Source: Chiloscyllium plagiosum (Eukaryota). From it: a stretch of DNA of 20,000 bases. The stretch spans positions 7,283,948-7,303,947 of the forward strand of contig NC_057720.1 of the NCBI RefSeq assembly GCF_004010195.1. The letters are read 5' to 3'. A model generated the notes under the pieces. The model searched no databases, was not told where the DNA came from, and was given only the letters and a program-made list of their open reading frames with translations. This document shows, piece after piece, positions 1-9,616 of the stretch (its first letter is position 1; each line of letters starts with the position of its first letter). Both the position numbers and the translations under genes were made by a program.

Positions 1-283
1 CTGAGGATTCAGGGTGGATTATTTAGCATGGAGATGAGGAGACATTTTTTCACCTGTGGTGAGCCTATGGAATTCATTACCACAGGAAGGAGTTGATGCC
101 AAAACATTGACTGTATTCAAGAGGCAGCTAGATATAGTACTTGGGGAGAATGGGATCAAAGAGTATAGGGAGAAAGCAGGATTAGGCTACTGAGTTGGAC
201 GATCAGCCATGACCATGATGAATGGCAGAGCAGGCCCAAAGGGCTGAATGGCCTCTTCCAGCTCTTATTTTCTGTGTTTCTAC
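1..283 (+). mobile_element. CR1-clade LINE 3' fragment (ORF2 C-terminus plus 3' UTR)
   Basis: Translates to EMRRHFFT..WNSLPQEGVDAKTLTVFKRQLD, followed by a CR1 3' UTR (gatcagccatga...gaatggc...gggctgaatggcct) and a tctgtgtttcta tail. Confidence 0.85.
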
Positions 284-537
284 AAATCCTTTTAGCACAC
301 AACCATGGTAAGAGCAGGAGGGATTCCTGGTCACCCACACTGAGACTTGCTCGCAATTCTAGATTGGTCAACTGAGTGTAAGCTCCAGCTGCCCCGTCTG
401 AACCTCTCTCATCAGACCTTAAGACCGGGGCCTCCAGATTACCAATCCAGTGACATTACTGATGGGTGTGACAGCGGAGAAGATCATGAGGAAACTCACA
501 AGCGAGATTTAGCAGAATTTCAGCCTTGATCACAGCT

Positions 538-912
538 TCTTTTTATTCATTCATGGGATGAGGGCATCACTGGTTAGCTCAGCATGTATTACTCATCCCA
601 GCAGGCACTGAGGTAACTACATTGCTGCGGGTCTGGAGTCAAATGTAGGCCAGACCAGGTAAGGATGGCAGTTTCCTTCCCTAAAGGGCATCAGTGAACC
701 TTTTTTTCTGACATCAGTGAGATTTTTCTGACAATCGACAATGGATTCATGGTCATCATCAGACTTTTAATTCCAGATTGTTATTGAATTCAAATTCTGC
801 CATGGAGAGATTCAAACCCATGTCCCCGGATCATTACCTGAATCTCAGGATTAATCCCCATGAAGGGAAATACAGAGTCTACGAGAGAGACAGCCCAGTG
901 ATAATTCCACTA
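538..912 (-). mobile_element. tRNA-derived shark SINE (called family A here), near full length
   Basis: Shares gtctggagtca.atgtaggccagaccaggtaaggatggcagtttccttccc and ttcaaaccca (B-box on minus strand) with copies at 995, 2897 and 6590. Confidence 0.8.
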
Positions 913-994
913 GATCACTGCAGCCCCAAATGTGCCAACGCAACTGTTGTAACCTTGATTGAGAATGGTGCTGTGTTGGGGTGAGGTCTTTAAG

Positions 995-1280
995 TTTTTT
1001 GGATTCTTTCATAGGATGTGGGTGTCACTGACTAGACTAGCATTTATTGCCCCTCCCTAATTGCCCAGAGGATAGTTAAGAGTCAACCACATTGCTGTGG
1101 ATCTAGAGTCACATGAAAGGCTAGACCAGGCAAGGATGGCAGTTTCCTTCCCAAAAGGTTATTAGTGAAGCAGATGGGTTTTCCTGGCCATCAACAATGG
1201 ATTCATGGACATCATCCAACTCTTAATTCCAGATTATTATTGAATTCAAATTTAAATGGAGGGATTTGAACCCATGTCTC
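995..1280 (-). mobile_element. SINE family A copy
   Basis: gcatttattgccc..ccctaattgccc tail, ttaagagtcaaccacattgctgtgg core, gggatttgaaccca B-box. Confidence 0.85.
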
Positions 1281-1300
1281 GAAAGAGCATGAGCAAATAA

Positions 1301-1445
1301 GACGGGTTTTCATGACAACTGACATTGGTTTCATAGTCATCATTACATTCTTAATTCCAGGTTTTTATTGGATTCAAATTCCACCATCTGCCATGGCAGA
1401 ATTTGAATGTGGGTCTCCAAACACTACTTGGGTCTCGGGAATAAA
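1301..1445 (-). mobile_element. SINE family A 5' half
   Basis: cttaattccag...ttcaaattccaccatctgccatgg is homologous to 765-850 and 1220-1275. Confidence 0.7.
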
Positions 1446-1497
1446 CCTCATTAGGAGAGATAAAGTGTGTATTAGAGAGATATTGGCGAGATATATT

Positions 1498-2066
1498 AGC
1501 TGTATAAAATCCTTGTCGGGCCTCATTTGGAGTTTTGTATGCAGTTTTGGTCACCACAGTACCAGAAGGAGGTGGAAGCTTTGGAGAGAGAGTGCAGAGT
1601 AGTCTCATCAGAATGTTGCCTGGTCTCAAGGGCATTGACTATTAGGAAAGGTTAAAAAGACGAGGATTGTTTTCACTGGGAAGATGGTGGCTGAGAGGAG
1701 ACCTGATAGAGGTCTACACAATTATGAGGCAGAGATAGAGTGGATGTCAGAGGCTTTTTCCCAGGGTTGAAGTTTCAATGACAAGAGGGCACAGGTTCAA
1801 GGTGAGAGGGGGAACGTTTAAGGGAGATGTGCGAGGGAAGTTTTTCACACAGAGAGTGGAACGCATTGCCAGAAGAGGTGGTGGAAGCAGGCAGGTTGGA
1901 GACATTTAAGAGGCATCTGGATGGTTACAGAATAGGGAGGGAACAGAGGGATATGGACTGAATAAGGGCAGAGGTTCATTCTTTAGTTTAGTAAGGGCAT
2001 GTTGATCAGCACAAGCTTGGAGGGCCGAAGGGCCTGTTCCTGTGCTGCACTTCACTTTGTTCTTTG
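1498..2066 (+). mobile_element. CR1/HER1-like LINE 3' fragment, frameshifted
   Basis: LYKILVGPHLEFCMQFWSPQYQKEV...LRGDLIEVY..TRGHRFKVRGGTFKGDVRGKFFTQRV; tail gggccgaagggcctgttcctgtgctg. Confidence 0.9.
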
Positions 2067-2476
2067 ATACAGTGTGTTAGAGAAATACAAAGTGTACGAG
2101 AGAGATATTAGAGGAATAGATTGTGTTAGAGAAATGTTAGAGAGATACAGAGTGTATTAGAAAAATAATAAGTATCCTGGAGAGATATCAGAGAAATATA
2201 AAGTACACGAGTGATAAATTAGAGAGATATAGAGTGTATTAGAGAGATAGTACAGAGATAAAATATCTATGAGAGATATTAAAGAGACACAGGGTGTATT
2301 AGAGCGATATTAGCAAGATAGTGTGTATTAGAGAGATATTAGAGCGATACAGTGCGCATTAGAGAGATATTAGAAAGATACTATGTGTTTTAGAAAGATG
2401 TCAGAGAGATACAGTGTGTATTAGAAATATATTAGAGAGATACAGTGTGTATTTGAGAGATATTAGAGAGATATTG
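2067..2476. repeat. Degenerate minisatellite of about 31 bp, consensus AGAGAGATACAGTGTGTATTAGAGAGATATT; further units at 1453-1497 and 864-892
   Basis: Units at 2281-2311, 2312-2340, 2341-2371, 2372-2402, 2403-2433 and 2434-2464. Confidence 0.9.
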
Positions 2477-2896
2477 AAGTAGATATATCTGGGTTCATTA
2501 CATAACAAATATTGAATCAGTTTCCAGAAAGATCTCCCAAATTCAGCAGGCGGTGATTTTGGCTGGGATCAGGTTCAACCCCTACTAAAGGCTTGGATTT
2601 CACATTCGACCTAATTTCAGTTCTCACTTCACTTCACTGAGACAGCGTTGGTGGGAAATTGAAAGCAGATTGAAAGCAGGCAGACGTGCTGATTCACTGC
2701 ATCCAACAGAGACGGACATGACCACACAATTTCCTACACTGGAAAGTTTCAGTCTTTGATGAGCGTCGGCAGCTTCTTTGATAAAGTTATGGACCGTTCT
2801 TCCAAATATCAGGCTAATTTGATGCTGTTTCCCCTCATGTAAAGTGCTTGGAACATGTTCAGGAAGAAAGGAGAAAGGAGTATCTGAAGGGGGAGT

Positions 2897-3493
2897 GATG
2901 GAGTGACAATGTTGCTGGACTAGTCATGCAGATCCTAAGGCGAATGTTCTGGGCATAAGTGTTCAAATCCCAGCTTGGCAACTGACAAAATCTGATTCAA
3001 TAAAACTCTTGATTTTTTTTTAAAATGGCTTAATAGTGACCATTGTCAATTATTGTTTAAAAAACCCATCTGATCCACTATTGTCTGTCAGAATCACAGA
3101 ATCCCCAGAGTGCAGAAAGAGACCAGTCAGTTCACTAAGTCTGCATATGAGGTTTTGAACTCTGGTTAACCCAGCTAGCCTGCACATCCCTGGACACTGT
3201 AGGCAACTTGGCATGGCACATCTTTGGACTGGGGGAGGAATGCAGAGCACCAGAGAGAAACCCAACACAGACACTGGGCCAACATACAAACTCCGTACAG
3301 TCACCCAAAGGAGGAAATCGAACCTGGGTCCCAGGCACTGGGAGGCAACAGTGCTAACCACCGAGCCACTGTGCTACACAGAAATTCAGTTTCAAGGAAG
3401 GAAATCTGCCATCCTTCTCTGGTCTGACCCACACATGACTCCAGACCCATAACAATGTGATTAACTCAACTGCATTTTGGGTAATAAAGGATG
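2897..3493 (+). mobile_element. SINE family A copy split by an HE1 insertion (parts about 2897-3086 and 3391-3493)
   Basis: ctggactagt..gttcaaatccc head; aaaacccatctgatccactattgtc resumes as ttcaaggaaggaaatctgccatcctt after the HE1. Confidence 0.8.
3088..3378 (-). mobile_element. HE1 SINE (tRNA-derived V-SINE)
   Basis: Reverse complement of the gcacagtggctcggtggttagcactg head, V-domain remnants and gattct tail. Confidence 0.85.
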
Positions 3494-3534
3494 CTCCGAC
3501 CCATGATGCACCCATCCCCTTGGGCTTGCCACAT

Positions 3535-3805
3535 CACAATTGATCATCTGGCTCAGCAGCACTGTCCTGTTTTATCCTCATATCCCTTGGTCTACTGGTA
3601 TCTAAAAACTTCTACCTCTTGAACAATGACTGAGCTTCCACAGCCCTCAGTCCAAAGATTGAACAGACACTGAAGGAAGAAAGTCTTTCTCATCTCCATT
3701 CTAAGTGGCTTGCCTCACATGCTGAGACTGTATCTCCTGCTTCTAGACCACCTTCCCAAGCAGGGAAGCTGTATCCACACTGTCTAGCCTTGATATCTCC
3801 ATTAA
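3535..3805 (-). mobile_element. Old CR1 LINE 3' fragment
   Basis: tatcccttg...ttccacagccctc...gaagaaagtctttctcatctc...gagactgtatctcctgcttctagac matches the reverse complement of the CR1 ORF2 end. Confidence 0.7.
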
Positions 3806-3859
3806 AGACACTGTTTAACAGCAAAACCAGCATAACAAAACATAACCAGTGGCACACAC

Positions 3860-4102
3860 AAACCCCTGCTTTGAGAATGCATGTAAACATGAAGTGAAGG
3901 TGCTTTATCGTCCCTGGGAGCAACTGGCTGACGAAAGATGAAAATGGCCACACTTCCTGCAGGCTGGCATGTGCCATGACCAGTGGCTACAATCATCTGG
4001 CAACCAGCACCAATACTAGAAGGAACAACACACAAATACCACAAAGTGACTACATGTGTGGTACTTGTGGAAGAACTAGTCTGGCGAGGAATGGCCTCTC
4101 TG
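3860..4102 (+). mobile_element. RTE-clade LINE ORF C-terminal remnant
   Basis: PCFENACKHEVKVL..WEQLADER*KW, then after a frameshift YMCGTCGRTSLARNGL; resembles the RTE end (RFKD.CKRD.K..WE.LA.DR..W and C..CGR.C.SRIGL). Confidence 0.65.
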
Positions 4103-4569
4103 TTCTCCTTGTCCATCCTCATTCACAGACATAATGGCGCAGACGAGACAATGGGTTATACAGCTACCTTTCCAAATTGGGTGACACAAAGGCAGAAGGT
4201 ATTGTAGGAAGCCTCCCCTTGCTGTTTCTCCTCATGCTGTTTCACCTCGTGGAAGTTTCAGCTCACAAAGAGATGTTGATAATTATTGAAGACTATGGTA
4301 AATGGCTTCAATGTAGGCAAATATGAGAGCATTCAGCCTCTAGATAAAAAAGGGAGAGGACAGCGTACTTGCTCAGTGATAAATAGCTAGAAACAGTGGA
4401 GTTCCAAACAGACTTACAGGTCTGTGAACATAAATTGTTAAAGTGTCATCAACATGCACAAGGGAAAGGTAAACAGAAATGTTAATTGAATTCTGGCCTT
4501 CCTGTCAAAAGGAATAAAGAGAATTGAACTCCTACGTCAGGTGTATAAAACTCTTGAATACTGTGCTGT

Positions 4570-4784
4570 GGAGGTGCCGGTGTTGGACTGGGTTGTACAA
4601 AGTTAAAAATCACACAACACCAGATTAAAGTCCCAACAGGTTTATTTGGAAGCACTAGCTTTCGGAGCGCTGCTCCTTCATCACCTGATACTCCACAACC
4701 ACCTGATGAAGGAGCAGCGCTCCAAAACCTCGTGCTTCCAAATAAACCTGTTGGACTATAGCCTGGTGTTGTGTGATTGTTAAC
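4570..4784. mobile_element. Penelope-like element-derived inverted pseudo-LTR pair (hairpin with about 80-bp arms)
   Basis: 4602-4683 is the near reverse complement of 4704-4784; the centre has the hammerhead-like ctgatgaaggagcagcgctcc. Confidence 0.85.
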
Positions 4785-5039
4785 CTGGAAGACTGTGAGA
4801 AGTCAAGACAGCACATGTTAAGGAAGGATACATTGGTCTTTGAAGGAGCACAGATTTCCAAGAATGATAGCTAGACTTCAAGGGTTAATTTACAAGGAGA
4901 AATTAAACTAATACTATTTAATTGCCTATTTCAGTGATGACAGCCACTCTGTGGATTATTTCTTGGGGGAATGCCTTGACCAATTAGAGTCAACCTGCCT
5001 GGATCAAACTTAAAGAATACTTGGCAGTTAATTGTCACT

Positions 5040-5210
5040 GCTTAAAAATGTGTTGCTGGAAAAGCAACACATGTGCAGCAGGTCAGGCAGCATCAAAGGA
5101 ACAGGAGAATCGACGTTTCGGGCATAAGCCCTTCTTCAGGAATGAGGAGGGTGTGCCAAGCAGGCTAAGATAAAAGGTAGGGAGGAGGGACTTGGGGGAG
5201 GGGTGTTGGG
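5040..5210 (-). mobile_element. Young 5'-truncated PLE terminal fragment with 11-bp target-site duplication
   Basis: Highly similar to 19291-19427; flanked by TAATTGTCACT at 5029-5039 and 5211-5221. Confidence 0.9.
5107..5144 (-). ncRNA. Minimal type I hammerhead ribozyme motif, intact core
   Basis: Minus strand cattc CTGAAGA a GGGC ttat GCCC GAAA c GTC gattc. Confidence 0.8.
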
Positions 5211-5342
5211 TAATTGTCACTCATTATCTAACTTGTGTACTCCCCATGGCAATATCTCCCCTCATCAGAGACAACTTGTGAGCCAACAAGCACTTGCTTC
5301 TGCAGTCCAAAATGTTGTTCCCTCTCTGAATCAAATTAGAAC

Positions 5343-5380
5343 AGTTCTGAGGAAGGGTCACTCGACCCAAAACGTTAACT
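5343..5380 (+). ncRNA. Minimal hammerhead motif, degenerate (GAAA changed to AAAA)
   Basis: agtt CTGAGGA a GGGTC actc GACCC aAAA c GTT aact; stem I agtt/aact. Confidence 0.7.
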
Positions 5381-6589
5381 CTGATTTCTCTCCACAGATG
5401 TTATCAGACCTGCTGAGCTTTTCCAGCGATTTCTGTTTTTGTTTCTGATTTACCACATCCACATTCTTTCCATTTTTCTTGCCAACTGATGAGAGTAAGC
5501 CAAGAAGTGTTGATAAAATATGTCTTTTTTTTCAGCCAATCCACACAATTCTTTACGGGAACTTGGAATGCTTATGGGAAACAGAGGGAGTAGGGTGCAA
5601 AAAAAACTAATTCCAATAGATCTTGTGTCTAGGACAAAGGGATAGCATCAAAATATTAGAGCCAAAAACTTTCAGGAATGAAATTGGGAATCACACTTTC
5701 ACACAGAGAGTGGAAATAACCAGGAACTCTCTTCCATAAACTGCAATTGATGCTCAAACAATTTGAAAATGAGACTGATAAGAGTCTTATCATGAAAGGC
5801 ATTCAGGGATATTGGAGCAAAAGAATATATATAGTGTTAGGTCACATCTCAGCTATTAGGGAATATCCCAAAACACGCTCAAAGGGGTTAAGTTTTCCGA
5901 TGTTGCTATTACTTTTCCAGCTATTAACCTCCTTCTGATTGGTCCTCCTCAGGCCCCAGGTGACAGGAGGGAGCCGTAATCATAATCTCGAGGAGACTCT
6001 GTTTGATCTCTCCACCACAAACATCTCAACTCCTTTAGTACAGGATTGCAAACAGGCACTTGTAGAGGCCTGGGAGTAATTTACCTGCTTCCTTTTTGGA
6101 AAAACATTTACAAATTTGTTTTATAATTTACAGCCACAATGTAAACAAGGCTTTAGGGCTCCACCAACCAATTATTTTGTTAATTGAATGTCAAATTGAA
6201 TTTTAGGATACATTAAACTTCCACGTAAATGTTATAACTTGTTAGTTAAGTGTGCCAACAGCATCTTGCAGGGTTACATACCGGAACTGTACTGAATGAG
6301 CCTCATCTTTGGCAGTACCTTGATTAAGCCAAACAGCTTTTAACCTGAAGTACTGAACTCCCCTGAAGGTTGAGTTATTAGCTGTGTCCCACAGATTGTA
6401 AAATTCCAGATTCAAAAATCACCATCTCTGCCAAAATCCTATCCAACAACCCAAGCTGTACGCACATCATTAAAAGCTGGGCAAAGATAGGATATGACTT
6501 TGGCTTGGATGAGCTCTGATTATATAAATTAGGCCTGTTCTATAAATAATTCAGAAAGTTAAGGTGTGATCTGAGCAAAGCCTTTGAGA

Positions 6590-6888
6590 TTACTCATCCA
6601 TTTGTTGCTGCTGGGTAGGCCAGGATCTCTTGCCCAGAGGACAACTAAGAATCAATCACATTGTTGTGGAACTGGAGTCACATGTAGACCAGAGCAGGTA
6701 AAGATGGCAATTTCCTTCCCTAATTTGCATGAATGAACCAGATAGGGCTTTCCAATAATGAGACTCTTAATTCTAGACTGAAACTGAATTCAAACTCCAT
6801 GGTAGGATCTGAACCCAGGTCGCCAGAACATTATCAGGATCCCTGGATTAACAATCCAGTGCTAACACCACTAGGCCATTGCCTCCCC
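6590..6888 (-). mobile_element. SINE family A, full length
   Basis: Core ctggagtcacatgtagaccaga..tttccttccc; head tgaacccagg...tccagtgctaacaccactaggccattgcctcccc. Confidence 0.8.
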
Positions 6889-6911
6889 ATTACCATTGCT
6901 GTGTAAAGTCA

Positions 6912-7240
6912 CAGTAGATAAACTATTTCCACTGGTTGAGGATTCTAGAACTAACAAATGTAGTCTGAGAATTAAGGCCAGAGCACTCAGGAGAGATGTT
7001 AGGAAGCACCTCTGCATACAAAGGGTAAGAATGGCTTGGAACTCTCTTCCACAAATGGCAGAGAATGCTGGATCAGTTGTTAATTTTAAAACTGCGATAG
7101 ATAAATTCAGCAAAGTTGTGAAGGGATAAGAGCCAAAGGCAGCTGTGCGGAGTTGGGTGTACATGGTCACAGATCAGCCATGATCTCATTGAATGGTGGA
7201 ACAGGCCTGAGGGGCTGAATGGCCTCTCTCTTTTCCCATG
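6912..7240 (+). mobile_element. CR1 LINE 3' fragment
   Basis: VDKLFPLVEDSRT..SLRIKARALRRDVRKH..QRVRMAWNSLPQ..FKTAIDKF; 3' UTR cagatcagccatgatctcattgaatgg. Confidence 0.9.
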
Positions 7241-7894
7241 ATACATCTGCAACTGAATAGCCCTCTGGCCACATCACATGGGAGTTCACACATGTGGCCC
7301 ATTGAGGCTATGCTGGCGTTGTCAAAATGCAATCTAGAAAAGCCTTCGCTCTTTCTCCCTATCCCTGAATTTTTGTACTGATTTTTTTTTGCGATATTCT
7401 TCCTTCAGGCTTTTATCGACTTGCTTGGATCAGGTCCTTAAATGACCCAACGGCAACTGCAGCACTGTACCTCTGCAAGGTGGTGATACACTTTTGGCGT
7501 AAGGGGGACAGGAGGAAACAGCCAGCCTAAAAGACCAAGTGATGACAAGATAATGGAATTCCAACAGGCTCGGAGTACACAGATCGAGCCTCTGCAGATT
7601 ACTTGTAATCTGCTTGTACCAGCGAGCTCCTATGAAAAATCAACACATCACTAATTACTTTTAGTGTCAATTAAAAATGTTCAATCAATTCCCACTGTTG
7701 GAATTCTGAGTGGGAAAAATGCGCTGGCAAAGCAGCTGATGATTTGAAGCTGGGGCAGTGAGGTATTGACAAGAATCCCAACAAACTGCCATGGACCGAC
7801 TCATTCACCCGAAACAACTTCTGCAAACACATGGATGGACACCTTCTTGATGGAGTCTCTGGCTTGGCCCATGCTGGTGGAGGAATTTGGTGCA

Positions 7895-8050
7895 GATGTT
7901 GGCCATTCAGGCCCTCTAGCCTGTCACACCATTCCAACAATCGTGGCTGATCTGACCACGGTCTCAACTCTATATTCCCACTCCCTTCACATTCGAAAAC
8001 CGATCGATCCAAATTCATCCCTCAACCAAAATCAATGATGCTTGACATTT
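7895..8050 (-). mobile_element. CR1 3' UTR fragment
   Basis: ggccattcaggccctctagcctg..ccattc...tggctgatctg is the reverse complement of the CR1 tail. Confidence 0.7.
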
Positions 8051-8139
8051 ATCTGACTGACATCCGGGATGGATGCACATTATTAGTTCAAGTGTGAAAG
8101 TCCTGTCTGATCCTCGACTCCAGTATAAAAGGTGTGCTA

Positions 8140-8423
8140 TATTCAGAATAGAGGGAATACTTTTTAGAACACAGATAAGGAGAAACCTCTTCAGCCAGAG
8201 AGCGGTGAATCTATGGAATTCACTGCAACAGTAGGCTGTGGAGGGCAGCTCACTGAGTATATTTAAGACAGAGATAGATTGGGTCTTGAGTATCAAAGGT
8301 TTAAGGATTATGGGAGAACGGGGGAGAACGGGGCTGCTAAACTTATCAGCCATGATTGAACGGCAGAGCAGACCCGTTGGGCTGAATGGTTGCATTTCTG
8401 CTTCTATGTCTTATGGTCTTATG
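8140..8423 (+). mobile_element. CR1 LINE 3' fragment
   Basis: FRTQIRRNLFSQRAVNLWNSL..AVEGSSLSIFKTEID; tail tatgtcttatggtcttatg. Confidence 0.9.
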
Positions 8424-8457
8424 CTGGGGGGGCTGGAGAGACCAAGCTCCCATCAGA

Positions 8458-8758
8458 GTGGCCTGGTGGCTCAGTGGTTAACACTGCTACCTTACAGCGC
8501 CAATCCCACCTCTGGGCGACTGTCTGTGTGGAGTTTGCACGTTCTCCCCAAGTCTGCATAGGTTTCCTCCCACAATCCAAAGATGTATAGGCTAGTTGGA
8601 TTGGCCTTGCCAAATTATCCATAGGGATGTGCTAGGTGGGCTAGCCATGGGAAATGTGAGGTTATGGGAAAAGGAGGGGGTTTGGATCAAGGTGAGCTGA
8701 TATTTGGAAGGTCAGTGCAGACTTGGAGGACCTCTTTCCTCACAGAAGTGGTTCTATG
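8458..8758 (+). mobile_element. HE1 SINE
   Basis: ggtggctcagtggttaacactgct head; V-domain tgtgtggagtttgcacgttctcccc..ggtttcctcccaca.tccaaagatg. Confidence 0.9.
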
Positions 8759-8759
8759 A

Positions 8760-8922
8760 GTTAGCTCAGTTAGCTGGATGGTTGGTTAGTGAAGCCAACA
8801 GTGCGGATTCAATTCCTGAGGTGACATTGGAAGTCTCGCCTCCTGCCTGAAGCATCATGACCTTCAGGTTAAATCCTCTCTCTAACAGGAAAATAAGACC
8901 CTGGAGATGTTAGCTTCACCTG
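8760..8922 (+). mobile_element. Degenerate tRNA-derived SINE of another family
   Basis: A-box tagctcagttagctgg, B-box ggattcaattcc, body gcctgaagcatcatgaccttcaggttaaa. Confidence 0.55.
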
Positions 8923-8944
8923 CATGCTCAGGTGGAATATGAAA

Positions 8945-9228
8945 TTGCCATTCTGAAGAAATTCCTCCTCTCTGGTGTTCTGGCCCATGTTTATCCTTAC
9001 ATCATCAAAAAGCAGCCTATCTGGTAATTATCATGCTGTTGCAGTTTGTTGGTGCCAGCTGTGAACAAAAGAGTTGCTGTGTTTGCGACAGTACAACAGT
9101 GAGCTACACTTCAAACATACACCACGTGTAGAATCGTGCTAGACAATCGTATGTGCCTTTCTTTCTCTGATCAATAGAATATGCTGAACAATTGCAAGAA
9201 GCACTATTTAAATGCAAATCTGTCTTCC
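8945..9228 (+). mobile_element. Deu-domain SINE (SacSINE1/AmnSINE1-like) 3' half
   Basis: ggtgttctggcccatgtttatcc..tatctggtaattatca..acaacagtgagctacacttcaaa and tail gcactatttaaatgcaa resemble my recollection of the DeuSINE consensus. Confidence 0.65.
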
Positions 9229-9616
9229 TGCTTTCTCACTGGATGCAAATCGCCAAGGTCCCTGAATAAATGCCAATTAGTTCTTCCTCATGGAGCAGAA
9301 GGTTCCAGGTTTGGGTCCCAAATGTCACACAATCCCAACCTTTGGTACCAACTAAGTGAGACTCCCAAATGTACTTCCTCACCCCATTGGAAGAAAGAAA
9401 AAGACAGGACTGTGAAGCCCCCTGTGGCTGAACAGCACTCACTGCGAAGGCGAAATGGAAAGCTTGGCGAATGGTTATGGGAGAGGTAGAGACATCTGCA
9501 TGGGAGGGAGAGAAGGGACTAGGATCTGTGCTACCAAATAAAAATAGCCACATCAATAGCTGTTAGAAGCGATAGAATCATGTGTGTCTCTCTTTCTCTG
9601 ATCAATAGAATATGCT
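9145..9616. repeat. 41-bp dispersed direct repeat (9145-9185 and 9576-9616)
   Basis: Exact 26-mer TCTTTCTCTGATCAATAGAATATGCT twice; 37/41 identity overall. Confidence 0.9.

Larger units (their letters stand above)
4940..5470 (+). mobile_element. Older PLE-type terminal sequence(s) ending in a hammerhead-bearing pseudo-LTR (5340-5470); hosts the 5040-5210 insertion
   Basis: ctgaggaagggtcactcgacccaaaacgtt followed by cagatg..cagacctgctgagcttttccagc, similar to the downstream part of other PLE pseudo-LTRs; assignment of 4940-5330 is weaker. Confidence 0.55.
4298..5910 (+). mobile_element. Old CR1 LINE in pieces (about 4298-4565, 4785-4915, 5570-5910), interrupted by PLE insertions
   Basis: Colinear ORF2 motifs FNVGK..ILAFLSKGI..VYKTL.EYC / RKDTLVFE / ttcacacagagagtgg..ggaactctcttcc..cagggatattgg. 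Confidence 0.7.

Noticed and set aside
2067..2476. Regular 31-bp periodicity as a CRISPR array
   Set aside because: Head-to-tail degenerate units with no unique spacers, no cas genes and a vertebrate context
4570..4784. DNA-transposon MITE or pre-miRNA gene
   Set aside because: The arms are asymmetric, lack transposase-type TIR/TSD signatures and carry PLE hammerhead sequence; there is no evidence of miRNA processing from sequence alone
6281..6345. Small minus-strand exon (ttcag...ccg/gtatgt)
   Set aside because: Weak polypyrimidine tract and an unrecognisable peptide
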